Assembly: GCA_029953675.1 (NCBI GenBank)
Contig: JAMWBK010000011.1
Coordinates: 620,001-684,000, forward strand
DNA: 64,000 nt
Direction of reading: 5' to 3'
Source: Rhodosorus marinus CCMP1338
Taxonomy: Eukaryota > Plantae > Rhodophyta
This document shows positions 11,466-24,452 of the stretch, in pieces. Numbering within the stretch: the first letter of the stretch is position 1; every line of letters starts with the position of its first letter. The position numbers and the translations under genes were made by a program. The notes under the pieces were generated by a model. It did no database searches. It was not told the DNA's origin and worked only from the letters and a program-made list of their open reading frames with translations.

Positions 11466-11972
11466 TCATGTCCCCGAAAGAGGACTCTCAGGATCATTCT
11501 CTGCAATGAATTGCGCTTTGCAGATGGGGCACGTTGTCTCGGCCTTTGTATGGACCCACTTCCCTATGCATGGGATATGAAACGGATGGTGGCATATAGG
11601 CGCAGCGAATATCTTCGCATTGTTTCCTTCGAAGCTCTCCAAACAGATGGCACACACCTCGCCCTTGTCCGGAGGACCCACCTCACAATCAGGAATCTTT
11701 TCTAGAAGCTGTTCCAACAGAAAAACCAAGAGCAACACAAGGTCCGGGTCAATTCATGAAAGGTGAAAAATTGCACCTTTGTCCTTCGGTCATACCATGA
11801 TGGTTTGTTCTTCCGTCGCCACCTGGTCAATCGTCGGTACATTGTTTGCCTCGGTCTCCTCTGTGCCACGCATGAAACCCCGCTTGAAGATGCAGATGTA
11901 TAAAACGTAGGCCGCAAACGCGAATACAGGCAAGGTAATCAGAAACAACCCGCCAAGCGCCCATCGATTCAT
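11466..11972 (-). CDS. TM + RING-H2 (ATL-like) paralog 4, ~139 aa
   Basis: Exon 1 11972-11796; intron 11795-11709 (GTATG...AACAG, 87 nt); exon 2 11708-11466 with CAIC-x16-CHHPFHIPC-IGKW-x8-CPIC. Confidence 0.88.
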
Positions 11973-13484
11973 CCGCTGGCTCCATACTGATTGCCAGCCC
12001 TCATTCGCAAAAGTTGGTTGACCCTCTGGAGTCCTCCGTCTCCAACCTCACCCGACTTCAGTACCTAAAACTCCCGCCATATAGTCAGAAAATTCCTCCT
12101 CCAGATATACTTCCACCGAACTGAACGCCTATCACATGCCAACTAACGCTCCAGCCAGAGCATCCTTTCCTCAGTAAAAAAAAGTGAAGAAGGAACTTCC
12201 AGGAAGAGCCACCAGAATCTCCACAGATACCCAATCCAATTCTTTTTTCTGCACTCTCGCGCAGCGGCACTGCCGCGGGGTTACGTCGCACTCAGCAGCG
12301 CCCCCGTTCACCGAAGGAGGCCGATCCGCGAGTACCTTTTGTTCGTCACAGAGCGCTTTTTTGCTCGACTCCCGGTGAATGCGATCAGACCTACGAGGGA
12401 AGTCGGGTACACAGATCAGGATGGAGGCTTCAGAACACGGGGTCTATCGAGAATGGACACTGTAGTGGGCACTCACTCAGTCCCAAAACCCACCCAAACC
12501 CCCCTCCGGCTTAGGATCCAAGCGGAGAAATGCAAGAGCCAATGTAGAAAATGTTAGCGAGAATTTATCCTAAAAGCAACTTATTTTCTTGCCCGAAACA
12601 ACATAAAATATCCAAGCCGTTTCTTAGGTACAAATTCCAGTAACAGACCTCCAATTATTCTCAATAAACATTTACATTAGTAGAATCTGGTATTTTGACA
12701 TTCCTATTACAGGATTGGGCGAGTTATACTTATGTTTCATTTAAACAAATTGGCGCTGTACGATATAGTCATTTGTACCCCCCCCCTTCAGTATCTTTAG
12801 GTTTCTCTGAAAATAGTCTTAGAATATAAAAAATAATCGATGACGTTTTTGGGTATGGGGTACTGCCGAATTGAATATCTAGGACGTAAACTGTCATGAT
12901 ATGCGTGTCGAGATTGATCAATAAAAATACTTTTTGAGCTTTTCTGGGGAATGAGCGTTCCCGATTTGAGGCTGTTTTAGGCTTGGGTGCTTTTCTATTA
13001 CATAAATAGAGTTTGCGTGAGTCTTTGGGTCTATTTTAGGGTTATCGTGACTAGATTTTGGATTGTAGGTTATCGAGCGAAACCCGCGGTGAGGGTTTTG
13101 ATGGTGACTCTATGAATGCAATGGGTGTGGGAAGAGATGGTTGCTGGAACCGCTCACATCAGAGTCTGTCATGCTCAAAAGCCTTACAGACCTTCCAACC
13201 CACTGTCCGGGGTAGAAATTTAAGGAATACCGATCACGTAGAGGCGAATGAGATTCGTCCTGACGATGTTGTCATCGTGAGTTCTGTTCAGTTGCATGGA
13301 GATGCTGGGGGCCATCAGAACAAGCTTCGCACAGACCGAGCGTGCTAGAGATGTGAGTGTGTAGTCGGAATACGGTTCTTTGGTAAGCGTGACTATGAAA
13401 CCTGGATTTCGTTGGTTTAGCTGGTGATAGATACAGCGTGTTAGGTTTAAATACTATTAGGTCTATGTCCAAAGTCCGCAATTA

Positions 13485-14145
13485 TCACGCCACTGCTACA
13501 ACTTCTGTGACGTGGTCTGCCGGGCTGTGTTCCCCTGCGATGAACTTCTCAAAAGTGGGATTTTCCTCATCCGGAACAAAGTTAGTCCTGCAAATGGGGC
13601 ATGCAAGGTCTCGTCGCCGGTAGACCCATTTCCCAATGCAGTTCAAATGGTACGGATGATGGCATGTTGACGATACAAACTGGTTTCCATCTTCCTCATC
13701 AAATTCGCTCAAGCATATGCTGCATATCTCTCCAGGCTCCACCGCAGCTTCATGGTCTCCAATCTCTTCCAACTGCTGCAAGTGAGGGAATACAAAAGCA
13801 CAACAGTCAAGCTTCAGAACTGGTCCACAAAGGAAGGGACGAGCGGGCCGGGGGACCGAGGGTGTGTATCCGCAATTATGCCCCAGATTTTGATCAAATA
13901 GCGTGACTTACATCCTTTACATCGTGCAGCGTTGTTGCAACGGCATCCTTGGTCTTCATGTCCAATACAACTACAGCGCCCCTCAATCGCTGTCTTCGAG
14001 ACACGCTGCGTTCATCCTCAACTACTGAATCCTCTCCATACACAGAATTCTTGTGCCCTGAAATAATAACCAACGCTGTAGCAGACAGCCCAATAGCCAG
14101 AAGCACGCCCGCAACGATCGCTACGGCAACCACACTTTCCACCAT
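13485..14145 (-). CDS. TM + RING-H2 (ATL-like) paralog 5, ~174 aa
   Basis: Exon 1 14145-13912 (MVESVVAVAIVAGVLLAIGLSATALVII); intron 13911-13776 (GTAAGT...TGCAG, with a CAGCAG tandem acceptor); exon 2 13775-13485 with CSIC-x16-CHHPYHLNC-IGKW-x8-CPIC. Confidence 0.88.
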
Positions 14146-16248
14146 CCTCCTCCCTATATACACAAGCCAAAAACTCCAACCTCACAACAAAAACAACAAA
14201 AAAGGTATCCAAACCCTCCTCCTCTTCAACAAGCAAAACTTCCCAGCAAATAGACCCTCCGCTGCTCCTCTGTCCCACACCCGACCCACCTCCAGCCGAT
14301 CTACTGTCCTCATCCTAGATCGCTTCTCCTCTTTATAATAAACAAGAAGACTTCCATTCCAAAAAGTCGAAGCACCTGACACCGTCCTTAGCCCCAAAAC
14401 AGTGTTTTCCGTTTTAATTCGATGCCAAAATCCAGATTCAATCTAATTTATTTCTAAAATTAATGAATCCGGATTTTTTTTCGTTTTTTCGGGACTGTCA
14501 TTGATTTTTTACTGCAAAATTGGAGCTGTACAGAAGCCTCGAATCTGTAAGGATTTAGTAAACGTTTGGTACTTATTTTTAGATTATTGTCATAACATGG
14601 AAGGAAAACGGTGACATCGTACAGAGTTTGGCAGCTGAGGACGGTGGCCTCAGGACGTGTGTCGGTGGTGAATGCGAGACATGTCTTCAATGGAGGAAGA
14701 TCTGTGAAGGTTGAAGGTGTCTGAAGAAAGTTGGCGGGGAGTAGTTGGGAGTTCGAAAACATGGGAGGAAAAGTTTGGGCCTGTGTGGGGTTTGTGTCCT
14801 CGTCAGGCGGTTTTGATGGGTTTTGCTTTTGTCGTGAATGCTTTTTGGCGGGACGTGTGCTATCGAACGCTGTTGTGTCAATCTAGTTTTCCCTTCTCGG
14901 GGTTGGTTTGCCCTCGCGTAAAGGTCAAGGAAGTTGTGCTCTTGTACTTCCGGTGATCGTTCAGGGTTGGAATGTTCGCCCTGGTTTAGAAAAAGAAATT
15001 TTGTCGGCTTTCGATCCTGTTTGGCTTTGCTGAACTCTACATGGATCGCCTAAACTCTGGCCTAAGCGCACCGGAGCCGGTCTTTTCTCCTTCACGGGTA
15101 AGAGAGCATTGACAGTATAGCCGCATGGAGCATAATCTGTCAACGGTATGAATTCATCGTCCTCACCGTACACAACAAAAAGCCATATCCAAAACGTTCA
15201 TCGTCTATTAGGTATAACCTACCAAAACAAAAAGCAATACATTTATTTGCAATACATTTCTAATGAAAAACGATACATAACTACGATATATCGGCGAGTT
15301 AGTTTAGCGTGGAGTTGAGTTTCTCCACTACGTCCCTTGTGGAACAGCGAGCGGGAGGGCCGACACTCTATTAATAGATGGCGCAAGCATTGCAGTTCCC
15401 TTGACTATAGAATCTTCCAGAAACGGAGTCTGAGGAACCCACTTTGTGTTGTGTTGTTCTGCCTCCACATCGGTTTTCCGATTGAGGACTTGCGTACGGT
15501 CAGAAGCATACGCGCAGCACCCGCATCGCCGTCTTCGGTGACGCTAGGACCCTCCAACCCGGCTTCGGTCAGGCTCTTACGGTAGGTTCCAGGACGTGCC
15601 GACCGTGTGCTTTAGGCGTGCGACCGAATTTGCAACGCTGCGGGACATTAGCACTGAACTCTGTTGAGGATCCGACTTCTGGAGCTGTGGGGGTCGCGGA
15701 GTCCATTAATGACTTGGGTTATCTGCCTACCTTTGGGGTGAACGAGGGCGAACTCCGCAAAGGCTGTCATGAGTAGAATAGCCTGTTTGTCTGTCACAGA
15801 CTGTGTTTGTGCGTAGTCGAGGCTCACAGCAGCTGTGCGGAGACAGAACAGGTTCTGGTGCGGCAGGTAGTGGTTTCCGATAACCACAACTGACTCAACT
15901 CGGAGTTGGCGTTCGCGTCGTAGAGTTCTATGGTCGGGGTACATACTTCACAACCATTCCAGGAAAGGACTTGTCGATGAGACCCAACGGCCAGCTCCTC
16001 GCGACCTTCCACGAGAGTCATGAAGCAAAGAGAGTTCAGACCGTCTAGATCGATTGGAATCCTCCCTTACCAACGCAAGAACGTGCCGATTGCGTTTCCA
16101 GATTCACGTTCCAAGTGCGCAAATGACAAAGCTATTCTCATGCATAGCCTTTGCATCGTGTCTCGATTTAAGTACTATTTTTACAGAATAAGACATGGTC
16201 CGGCATAATGGGTACACTGGGAACGAGAAAATTCGTTCCTTTGCTAAG

Positions 16249-16892
16249 CTATGAAGTTACTGCAGGACCCCGCTGCGAAAGCCAGTGCAAGGGGTTCCCT
16301 TCGTCATCATCCGATATCATCGGAATTTTGCAGATGGGACAGAGCACCTCCCCGCGTGTGAAAAGCCATCTCCCAACGCAGCCAACATGGAAGGCGTGCG
16401 TACAATTCTGGGAGATGAAGCATTTTCCGTCCTTGGCATTCATTTCTTCTAGGCAAATGGTGCAAACATCTGAAACATCATGCTTCTCCACGTCGTAGGG
16501 AGCACTGCATTGCGCGAGATACTAAAGGGTGGGAACGAGCAACGAAAACCGAGCAAACAGAACAATGAGCATGGGTCTCAAAAACCAGGCATGTCAAGTA
16601 CCCCAAAAATATGAAGCATTCAAAGCCCTACCTCATTCAGTCCATCCTGGCTGAACTTTATTAGCTCCCCGTTTGTTCTGATGGAGGCTTCTCCATTCTC
16701 CAAATCCCGCTCATACTCAACGCCAGCGTCCACCGCAAGAGCAGACCTATCCCGGGGCCTCTCCACCGCAGCTTGTTCCCTCCGTCTACGACATTTCTTC
16801 TCATAAATTTTCATCCCAACAATCCCCACGAGCCATAGCGCTGCGCACGTCGCCACCAAAAGAATCCACCGCCCAAACGACCCCAGTACCAT
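16249..16892 (-). CDS. TM + RING-H2 (ATL-like) paralog 6, ~177 aa
   Basis: Exon 1 16892-16632; intron 16631-16522 (GTAGG...TTTAG, 110 nt); exon 2 16521-16249 begins YLAQ and has CTIC-x16-CTHAFHVGC-VGRW-x8-CPIC. Confidence 0.88.
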
Positions 16893-18542
16893 CCTTTCCA
16901 ACCCCCCTCCCCCCCCCTTAAAACGAGAATACCCTCAAGCAGCAAGCACCCACATGCTTCAGACACTTCCAAACTCCTCTCCAACAAAATTAAATACCCC
17001 TTGCAGCGGTCTCTCTCCCGAAAGCTCTCCAAAGCTGTACCCAAAGTCGTCACCGTCCCGAACAAAAGCGTTCTCTCCTTCACCAGAAAAAAAACACCAC
17101 TGGAGGCTGGAGAATAATGTACTCACGCTCCCTCCTCAATACGAAGCACCTCTTCCTACCCAACCTCGAACGGGTCAAAGCAACGACGAGAGAGCCTTAC
17201 AGACTAACCCAACCCAGCTAGACCATTCGCCATCTTCCTCTCCAACAATAACGAACAGCTTCAGTACAAAAATGTCTATGGAGAAGACTGCAAAAAAAAA
17301 TTGTCGTCCTAAGGAGGGAGCACTATGCGAAAGGTTTGCTTCGGCATAGTGGGTTTTGTTATAACAACATTGTGGGCGGTCTGGCGGACAAGGTCGTCTG
17401 CCATACTTGCTACACTCTAGCCTAGTTCCTTCATCTGTTGGGGTTTTTTTAGACCATTTTTTTCCTCACGTCCAACTGCCGGGCAGAGCTAGGAGGGGGG
17501 AATTATCCAAACCGGGTCTATCTACGCCTCACGGCCAAAACAAAAAACAGGAAGATACTACAGGCGATGCAAAAGCGGCGCAGGCTCATAAGTTTGAGAA
17601 CATAAAGGCTTTTCCTCCACTAGCACATCCCATAACAATTCTTTGGGTCGCTAACGAGAGTTCAGAAGGCGCCGTAGGAATGTACGAAGACAATGGCTTC
17701 CCTAAACTCCCCTTCTCCCCTTCTCCCCCCGCTCCCATCCAAAACCACAAAAAAGCGGCAAATTTCTCTTCAGTGTTTTCTCCTTCTCTCCCTCGCCCCA
17801 TTTCAGAAGGACAATTCCACAAAAAGCCCGATTTTCTTCCTCCAAACACTTTCACATAAAAAATAAAAATAAATAATAAGGACAGCTGTTAGTGACAGCT
17901 GTCTAATATACCGTGGATTATTATTAAAATGATAAAATATCGCGTGTTTTCTCTTACGCGTGTTTTTCCTCTCTCGCCAAAAGATAAATCATATCCAGAT
18001 GAGGGAAAAAATAGTTGAAAATTGATAGTGGACTAGTTTTCCCTCTACCAACGATCCGGAAAAATACGGATTTCGTTTTCTTAAAAATATTGTTTAGGAC
18101 ACGTGTATATATCTATGAATAATGAATTACGTACTTTTGCGAAATGTTGAAAATAAAATAAAATAACGCAAGCGGAATTACAGAGTGGGAGTTTTTGTTG
18201 TGGAAGGAACTGTTCTCGGGGGAGTACGTCTCTTACGGGTTGAGGAGGTCATCAGAGATTGCAGACGATGATAGCGGTGTCTATGGAACGAGCGGAATTG
18301 TCGGGATTCTCTAGGTCCCCCTCCCCCCCCCCTCCCCACCCGCCGCCGGTTTCTTTGAGCCCGACATTGTTATTTCAGCTGATATCGGCGTTGCTTGGTT
18401 TCACATCCATGGCTTCGATGGGGCTTGGCGTTTTTCGGCACAACTCGCAAGACACGCTGATGCAATAGGCGGTCGTTCTTGACCTGTTGACGTTAATTTA
18501 TGTTTTACCGACTCATGCACAACAAGGCTCCGACCACTACTT

Positions 18543-19155
18543 CTAAACAGCTGTGTCATTCGAGTTAGCGGGTTGGGACTTCGGAATGCTGGTGAACGGA
18601 AGCGAAGTGCCATTGCTCTCGAAGGGCAGTTGACAGTATGGACATTGGAGACTGCTCCGAGTGAACATCCACTTTCCTACGCATTGTAAGTGGTAGTTGT
18701 GCTTGCATGTCGGGGATAGGAATACATCAGAGGTTTCTGAGGAGAGTTCATCGAGACATATTCCGCAGTCGCCAATTTCTTCGTCCACTGCGGGCTCTGG
18801 TCTACTGATACTCTGCATGAACTGTGGGATTAAAAAATAGGGTTGTCTGATGTGAGGTGTCTGGCCTTCTTCGGCAAGTTCGTTTGTTTGTCCGGTGTCA
18901 CCCTCTTGTTCTTACCGTGTTGACATCTTCCTGCGTCGGGCCAGTGTATCTGGAGCTAGAAGGATGCCCTGAAAACGCTTCTGGATTTACACCCGCACCG
19001 TTTCGATGATTACGAATTGCGTTGAAGCGAGCTCGGTTTCGAGCGGCTCTTCTGCCTTCAGTCTTCGCCGATAGATAGTAGACCAGCAGCCCAATTCCCC
19101 CACCCACCAAGCCCGCAGCTATTCCAAGCAGCAGGAAAAACGCCATTTCACCCAT
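18543..19155 (-). CDS. TM + RING-H2 (ATL-like) paralog 7, ~172 aa
   Basis: Exon 1 19155-18916; intron 18915-18822 (GTAAG...CACAG, 94 nt); exon 2 18821-18543 with CGIC-x16-CKHNYHLQC-VGKW-x8-CPYC. Confidence 0.9.
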
Positions 19156-21718
19156 CTCTCAACAACCACAGGAGCAAACAAACCCCTCCACTCCAAGCCC
19201 TCCTTCCCAGCACTCCCCCCAAAATTCCGTCTGCACCACAAACGCAACCGCCGGATCAACTCCTTTCACAACCTTCCTGCGCAAAGCGAAACAAGACCGC
19301 CAATCTAACTCCCTCACAAAAGGACGACACCTAAAACACTGCGCCCTCTTCGGCGTCACGACGTCCTCAAAACCACAAGAGCTCAGCAGTCGTCTCCCTC
19401 CGCTTCCCAGCAAGAGAGAACAAAAAGAAAACACAAACCCAAAATCCCCACGTCTCCTAACACTCGCATCTTCCAAGCCTGCAGCGGTTACTTCCGCTCC
19501 AGCTCCGTTGCACTCACCCTTCGAACACCTCTTTCCTCGCTGCTGTCACCAATCCTATAAACTCATTCGTCGACTTCCTCCCTCACGAAAACAGGAACAA
19601 CGGGCGTCAGCCGTTCCCCCGTGCCGCTCTTCCCTCTCCAAAAGGGACCCTTTCTACGAACTCCCACTGGCACGTGGAGCGGAGCGGGTGGGGTGGGGTG
19701 GGGAGGGGAGATTGGGGTTGCTTCTCCTCTCTCTACTCAGTCACTCAACCTTCCTTTTCAAAAATCAAAAGACTTAAATACAACTCAGCTCCTTTAGCCA
19801 CCATTTGCCTCTGCCGAAAGCTTAGCCTCACTGAATAGCAGATGACACCCCCAATATAGAGAGATATCTGAAATGATAAAAATCCTCCTGAAATTAAAGT
19901 ATGTCACATTTAGTCCGATAAAAGTACTTAGTACACAGATTAGTACATCAATAATTGAATAAAAGAATAAAATTCCTCACCCTCAAATGAAAATCTTTGG
20001 AAAAAAGGGTCTGGATAAGCAACTCGAAATCAGACATGTTTTGTTAAATAATTGTGTCGCGGTCACTTCGCATTGGCTGGTGGGTCCGGGGTGTTGCCCC
20101 CTCGTAAAGAATAGCGTGGACTTCAACAGTTTTGATGGTACCGTTAACTCCTGAGGGGGCCTGAGTCGTTCAGAGTCTGATGCCCCCAAAAGCGTGCCCA
20201 CCTACATGCTCCTAAATCCTGTTGCTCTTTAGCTAACCTCTTTGAGAAGTGGTCCCCCTCTGAAGAAGAAGCACCTCTGCGGCTATTATCATACGTGTAC
20301 AAGTACGTATTCCTGTATGGTTAACAAAAATAAGACGTGCTACCAGCTCTGGTGAGCTGGCTGTTTGGAGGCTTCGACAAATGGATGCACTTGCCATGGG
20401 GTTTTGAGACTGTAAGACGTCTCGTCTCGGTTGCGTTGAAAATCCGCAACCGAAAGCTGATGAAGCTTCAGGTGGCATCGTCATCCAGCGCTTGCCTATG
20501 ACTGTTCAGTAGTTGAAACGCTGCCCTCCTTCTGGAGGACGAGGTCTTTTCGTCTTCGTTAGTTTCTCGGCTGGTATACCCTCGGCTGCTAGTCTCCGAG
20601 TAAAGTCAGTGGGATTGACTTACGCTTCTAGGTCCATCTTCTTAATGACTTTCAGTTCAATAATTCATCCTTTCATGTGGGGCATTGAACGTTTTGTTCA
20701 TTATATGAGTGAGCTTTGATGTACTGTATTTTAGTTGCTAAAACATAAGGCTTGGTGAAATCCTTTTCATGAATATACAAAATATATTTAAGCAAAGGGC
20801 ATGCCTCAATGCGATGATGCCCCGCACATTGCCCCGATATCGAGGGAGACCATTGGAGTTATCATTACCATCACATGTGACCTTCATGCGGCATGCCTCA
20901 TGCCCCCACTTTACTCGTTCCATCTGATGTGTTGTCTTTGTTTATTCTTCATTATTATACGTTTTATTCAGCAGACGCGTCTGATACTGTTTAGCGGACA
21001 GTTTACGACAACCGCATTAAAGACAAGAACAACGAAGGACAGGCTGTCGTTTTGGGCTGTGGGTAGGTAGGTTGGTCTGGTCTGTTAGAGGCGACTTTGC
21101 ATAGAACAGCTTTGGTCACGCTCTTTACTTCGAAAACAAAGACACAGCTCTGCCCGAGCAGGTTTATGTTTTGTATTTCTGGCCCACGAGGACGAGACAA
21201 GTGCGGGAGTTCTCGAGCCTCCGGGGGCAGAACAGTGGATGCTGGAGAGGCGATTTTTACGATCGATCGTATCGTCTAAGTAGCACGCACTTCATCGAGA
21301 TTATATACTACTAGAGATTCGAGCCACAGGGACGCAAGGCCACAGGCCGGAGATGGGTGGACAAAATCGCCCGACGAGAGCTGTTACAGTATACATCCAA
21401 TGCAGATACTCGTGAGAGGATTTCGGCGACAGGCGTGGCAATCGACACTTGTCTCTGGATGTAATAATCCAACAAAGATCCATCTAAAAACGTCGGCAAC
21501 GCCCGTCACCGAATCCTCCCAGGCGCAACTGACCATTTGTCACCACCGGACTGTCCTCTTCCTCGTGGATTTTGTCCGCATGGTTGAGGATGCTAAAGTC
21601 CGCAAGGTCATGGTGGATCTAGAAACAGACGATGTGACTAGATGATGACAATAATTTACAAAGAATACATGTGCGAGTCTGTGTCGCGTATTCCAGAAGC
21701 TCCTGGGCCTCACAGAGT

Positions 21719-22459
21719 TTACGTCGGTACCGTGTTCACTTCCGCCGTCCGAGAATGTGTGCTATCGTTCGTGCCTGCGTCGATGGTCTCCGTCTGGGTC
21801 TCACTCGAGTTCCTGGCCAGCGTACTCAGGGCGGGTATATCCTCTTCGGTCTCCGGTTGGGCCCTCGCGCTCGTGTTTAGTGGCGCGTCCTGCTCGTCTT
21901 TGGTAAAAATTACAAATGGGGTTTTGCAAATGGGGCACTGCGCGTCGCCTCGCGTGTAGACCCACTTCGAGAGGCAATGCACGTGATACGCATGTTTGCA
22001 AGGCGGGGCAATAAAAATAGTTTCCGCCGAGTCCTTCGCTATGACAAAATCCTCAAGGCATATACTGCACACGTCATCTTGAATCTCCTTCAAATCGAAG
22101 TCCTTGTCGCCCAAGTCAACCAGTCCCTGTGCAGAAATTGCAGAGAACAGGGAAAACCAATCCGTCAGCCGAGTTTGACTCAGCATTCACGAACAAACAT
22201 CAAACCAGAGACAAAGCCAAAATCTTACCTTCTCAACAACTTCCTGTGTAACTTCGACCGCTCCAGGCCCAGACCCATCCACCTGAACACTGCCCAATTC
22301 CACCAAGAACGCATCCCGCGTCCCATCCGTGAAAAATTCAAATTCGTCTCGCTGGCGGCGGTGCCTCACCCACCTCCAGTACAGATAATGAGCAGTCAAG
22401 CACAGGAACACCAGCGCAAACGCCACCGGCGCGAACAAATAAAACCTAATGCTATTCAT
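21719..22459 (-). CDS. TM + RING-H2 (ATL-like) paralog 8, ~212 aa
   Basis: Exon 1 22459-22229; intron 22228-22127 (GTAAG...CTGAC...CACAG, 102 nt); exon 2 22126-21719 with CSIC-x19-CKHAYHVHC-LSKW-x8-CPIC and an S/T/E-rich tail. Confidence 0.92.
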
Positions 22460-22631
22460 CTTGACTCAATCCAACCCAAGTCAACCCCAACTCTTACCCC
22501 AACCGCACAAGCTCTTACCGCCGCCCAAAAATCCGCAACGCGACCTCCCTCTCCATCCTCACCAAGGAAAAGGTAACACCAACAAGAAGAGACTGGAGAG
22601 CTCAAGCCCAGCCTCTGAACCTGATCCCCGG

Positions 22632-22892
22632 ACTCTCTCTCTGCCTCTCCCACTCTCCGTCTCGCTCTGTCTTTCTCCCTCTCTCTGTCTCTCTGTCTCA
22701 CTGTCTCTATATCTCTCTCTGCCTCTCCCACTCTCTGTCTCGCTCTGTCTTTCTCTCTGTCTCTGTCTCTGTCTCTCTGTCTCTCTGTCTCTCTGTCTCT
22801 CTATCTCTCTCTGCCTCTCCCGCTCTCTGTCTCGCTCTGTCTTTCTCTCTCTCTCATTCTCTGTCTCTCCCTCTCTCTCTCTCTCTCGCTCT
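22632..22892. repeat. Compound (CT)n/(CTGT)n microsatellite with higher-order units
   Basis: CT-rich tract containing three copies of a CTGCCTCTCCC...GTCTCGCTCTGTCTTTCTC unit at about 22641, 22719 and 22811. Confidence 0.9.
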
Positions 22893-22896
22893 TTGT

Positions 22897-23480
22897 CTTC
22901 AGACCCAAAGAGAGCGAACAAAGCTAACAAAGCAATTCTCTTTTGACTACAAATACCTGTTCCCTCGAACTGTTTGTGATGGTGAAGCTTGTGCATTGTT
23001 AAATGGAAGAGCTGCTTTCGTAAAGGTCCCGATTGTCTTCAATCGAGAAGTGTATGTAGCACTCTGGCTTATGTCTAGCAGAGCTAGCCACAAAACGAAA
23101 CTGACGTTCCCCCCTCTCCAGCTCTTCAAACCCAAAAGTGAGCTAACAAGCATTTCTCTTTTAGACTACGAGATGATGTTCCTCCAAACTGCTTGTGATG
23201 AGGAAGCTTGTGTATTGTTGAATGGAGGAGCTGCTTTCGTAGTGATCCCGATTGTCTTCAATTGAGAAGTATATGTAGCGCTCTGGCTTATTGCTGGAAG
23301 CGCTCTTCAAGTGACGTCCCTCCTTCTCTCTTTCTTCAGACCCAGAGAGACCATTAACGAAGCAATTCTCTTGAATACGAAAGGAGGCTCTGCTCCTCCG
23401 AACTGTTGAGAAGGAAAAGCTTGTGTCTGCTGAAAGGAAGAGATGCTTTCTTGAAGCTTCCGATTGTCTTCAATCGAGAA
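22897..23480. repeat. Tandem array of three diverged ~210-230 bp units
   Basis: Units start at about 22897, 23124 and 23334. Shared blocks: CTTCA(G/A)ACCCA, GCA(A/T)TTCTCTT, AAGCTTGTG, TGCTTTC, CCGATTGTCTTCAAT(C/T)GAGAA. A fourth decayed copy lies at ~24620-24737. Confidence 0.85.
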
Positions 23481-23703
23481 CTAGACGCGCCTTATTCGTG
23501 GAAAGGAAGGCCGTCTTTCGCCATGGGGGAAACGCAGCTTTAAGAACGATTATCACAGAGCTCTGTCCAAGTAGGTTTCTGGAGCAGACTTAATCCCCGA
23601 AGGTCAGCAAACGGACAATGTGACTAGATGATGCCAATAATTTATAACAATATATGTGCGAGTCGTGTCGCGTATTCCAGGAAGCTCCAGGGTCTCACAG
23701 AGT

Positions 23704-24452
23704 TTACGTCGGTCCTATGTTCACTTCCACGGTCCCAGAATGTGTGGTATCGTTCATGACGGCGTCGATGGTTTCCGTGTGTGTCTCACTCGAGTTCCTG
23801 GCCAGCGTACTCACGGTGGGTATATCCTCTTCGGTCTCCGGTTGGGTCCTCGCAATCGTGTGGAGTGGTGTGTCCGGTTCGTCTTTGGTAAAACTTACAA
23901 ATGGGGTTTTGCAAATGGGGCACTGCGCGTCGCCTCGCGTGTAGACCCACTTCGAGAGGCAATGCACGTGATACGCGTGTTTGCAAGGTGGGGCAATAAA
24001 AATTGTTTCCGATGAATCCTTCGCTATGACAAAATCCTCAAGGCATATACTGCACACGTCATCTTTAATCTCCTTCAAATCGAACTCTTTGTCGCTCATG
24101 TCAACCAGCCCCTGTGTAGAAAATTGCCAGAGAACATGCAAAGAATTTTTGCATTCGTCAGGCTAGTTTAACTCAGCATACAGGAACAAACATCAAACCA
24201 GAGACAAAGCCAAAATCTTACCTTCTCAACAACTTCCTGTGTAACTTCGACCGCTCCAGACCCAGACCCATCCGCTTGAATACCACCCAACTCCATCAGG
24301 AACGCATCCCGCATCCTACCCGGGGAAAATTCAAATTCCTCTCGTCGGTTGCGGTGCCTCAGCCACTTCCAGTACAGATAACGAGCACCGAAGCACAGAA
24401 ACCCTAGCGCGAACGCCATCGGCACGAATACATAAAACCTCACATAAGCCAT
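23704..24452 (-). CDS. TM + RING-H2 (ATL-like) paralog 9, ~212 aa (recent duplicate of paralog 8)
   Basis: Exon 1 24452-24222; intron 24221-24112 (110 nt); exon 2 24111-23704. Exon lengths are identical to paralog 8 and the RING is near-identical. Confidence 0.92.

Noticed and set aside
14961-16208. Several 60-100 aa ORFs between paralogs 5 and 6 (similar cases at 20233-20719, 28575-28766 and 48028-49053)
   Set aside because: No motifs, splice support or paralogy; left unannotated.
17881-17975. Duplicated CAGCTG E-box and CGCGTG motifs upstream of paralog 6
   Set aside because: Short motifs not seen at equivalent positions in other paralogs; no functional support.
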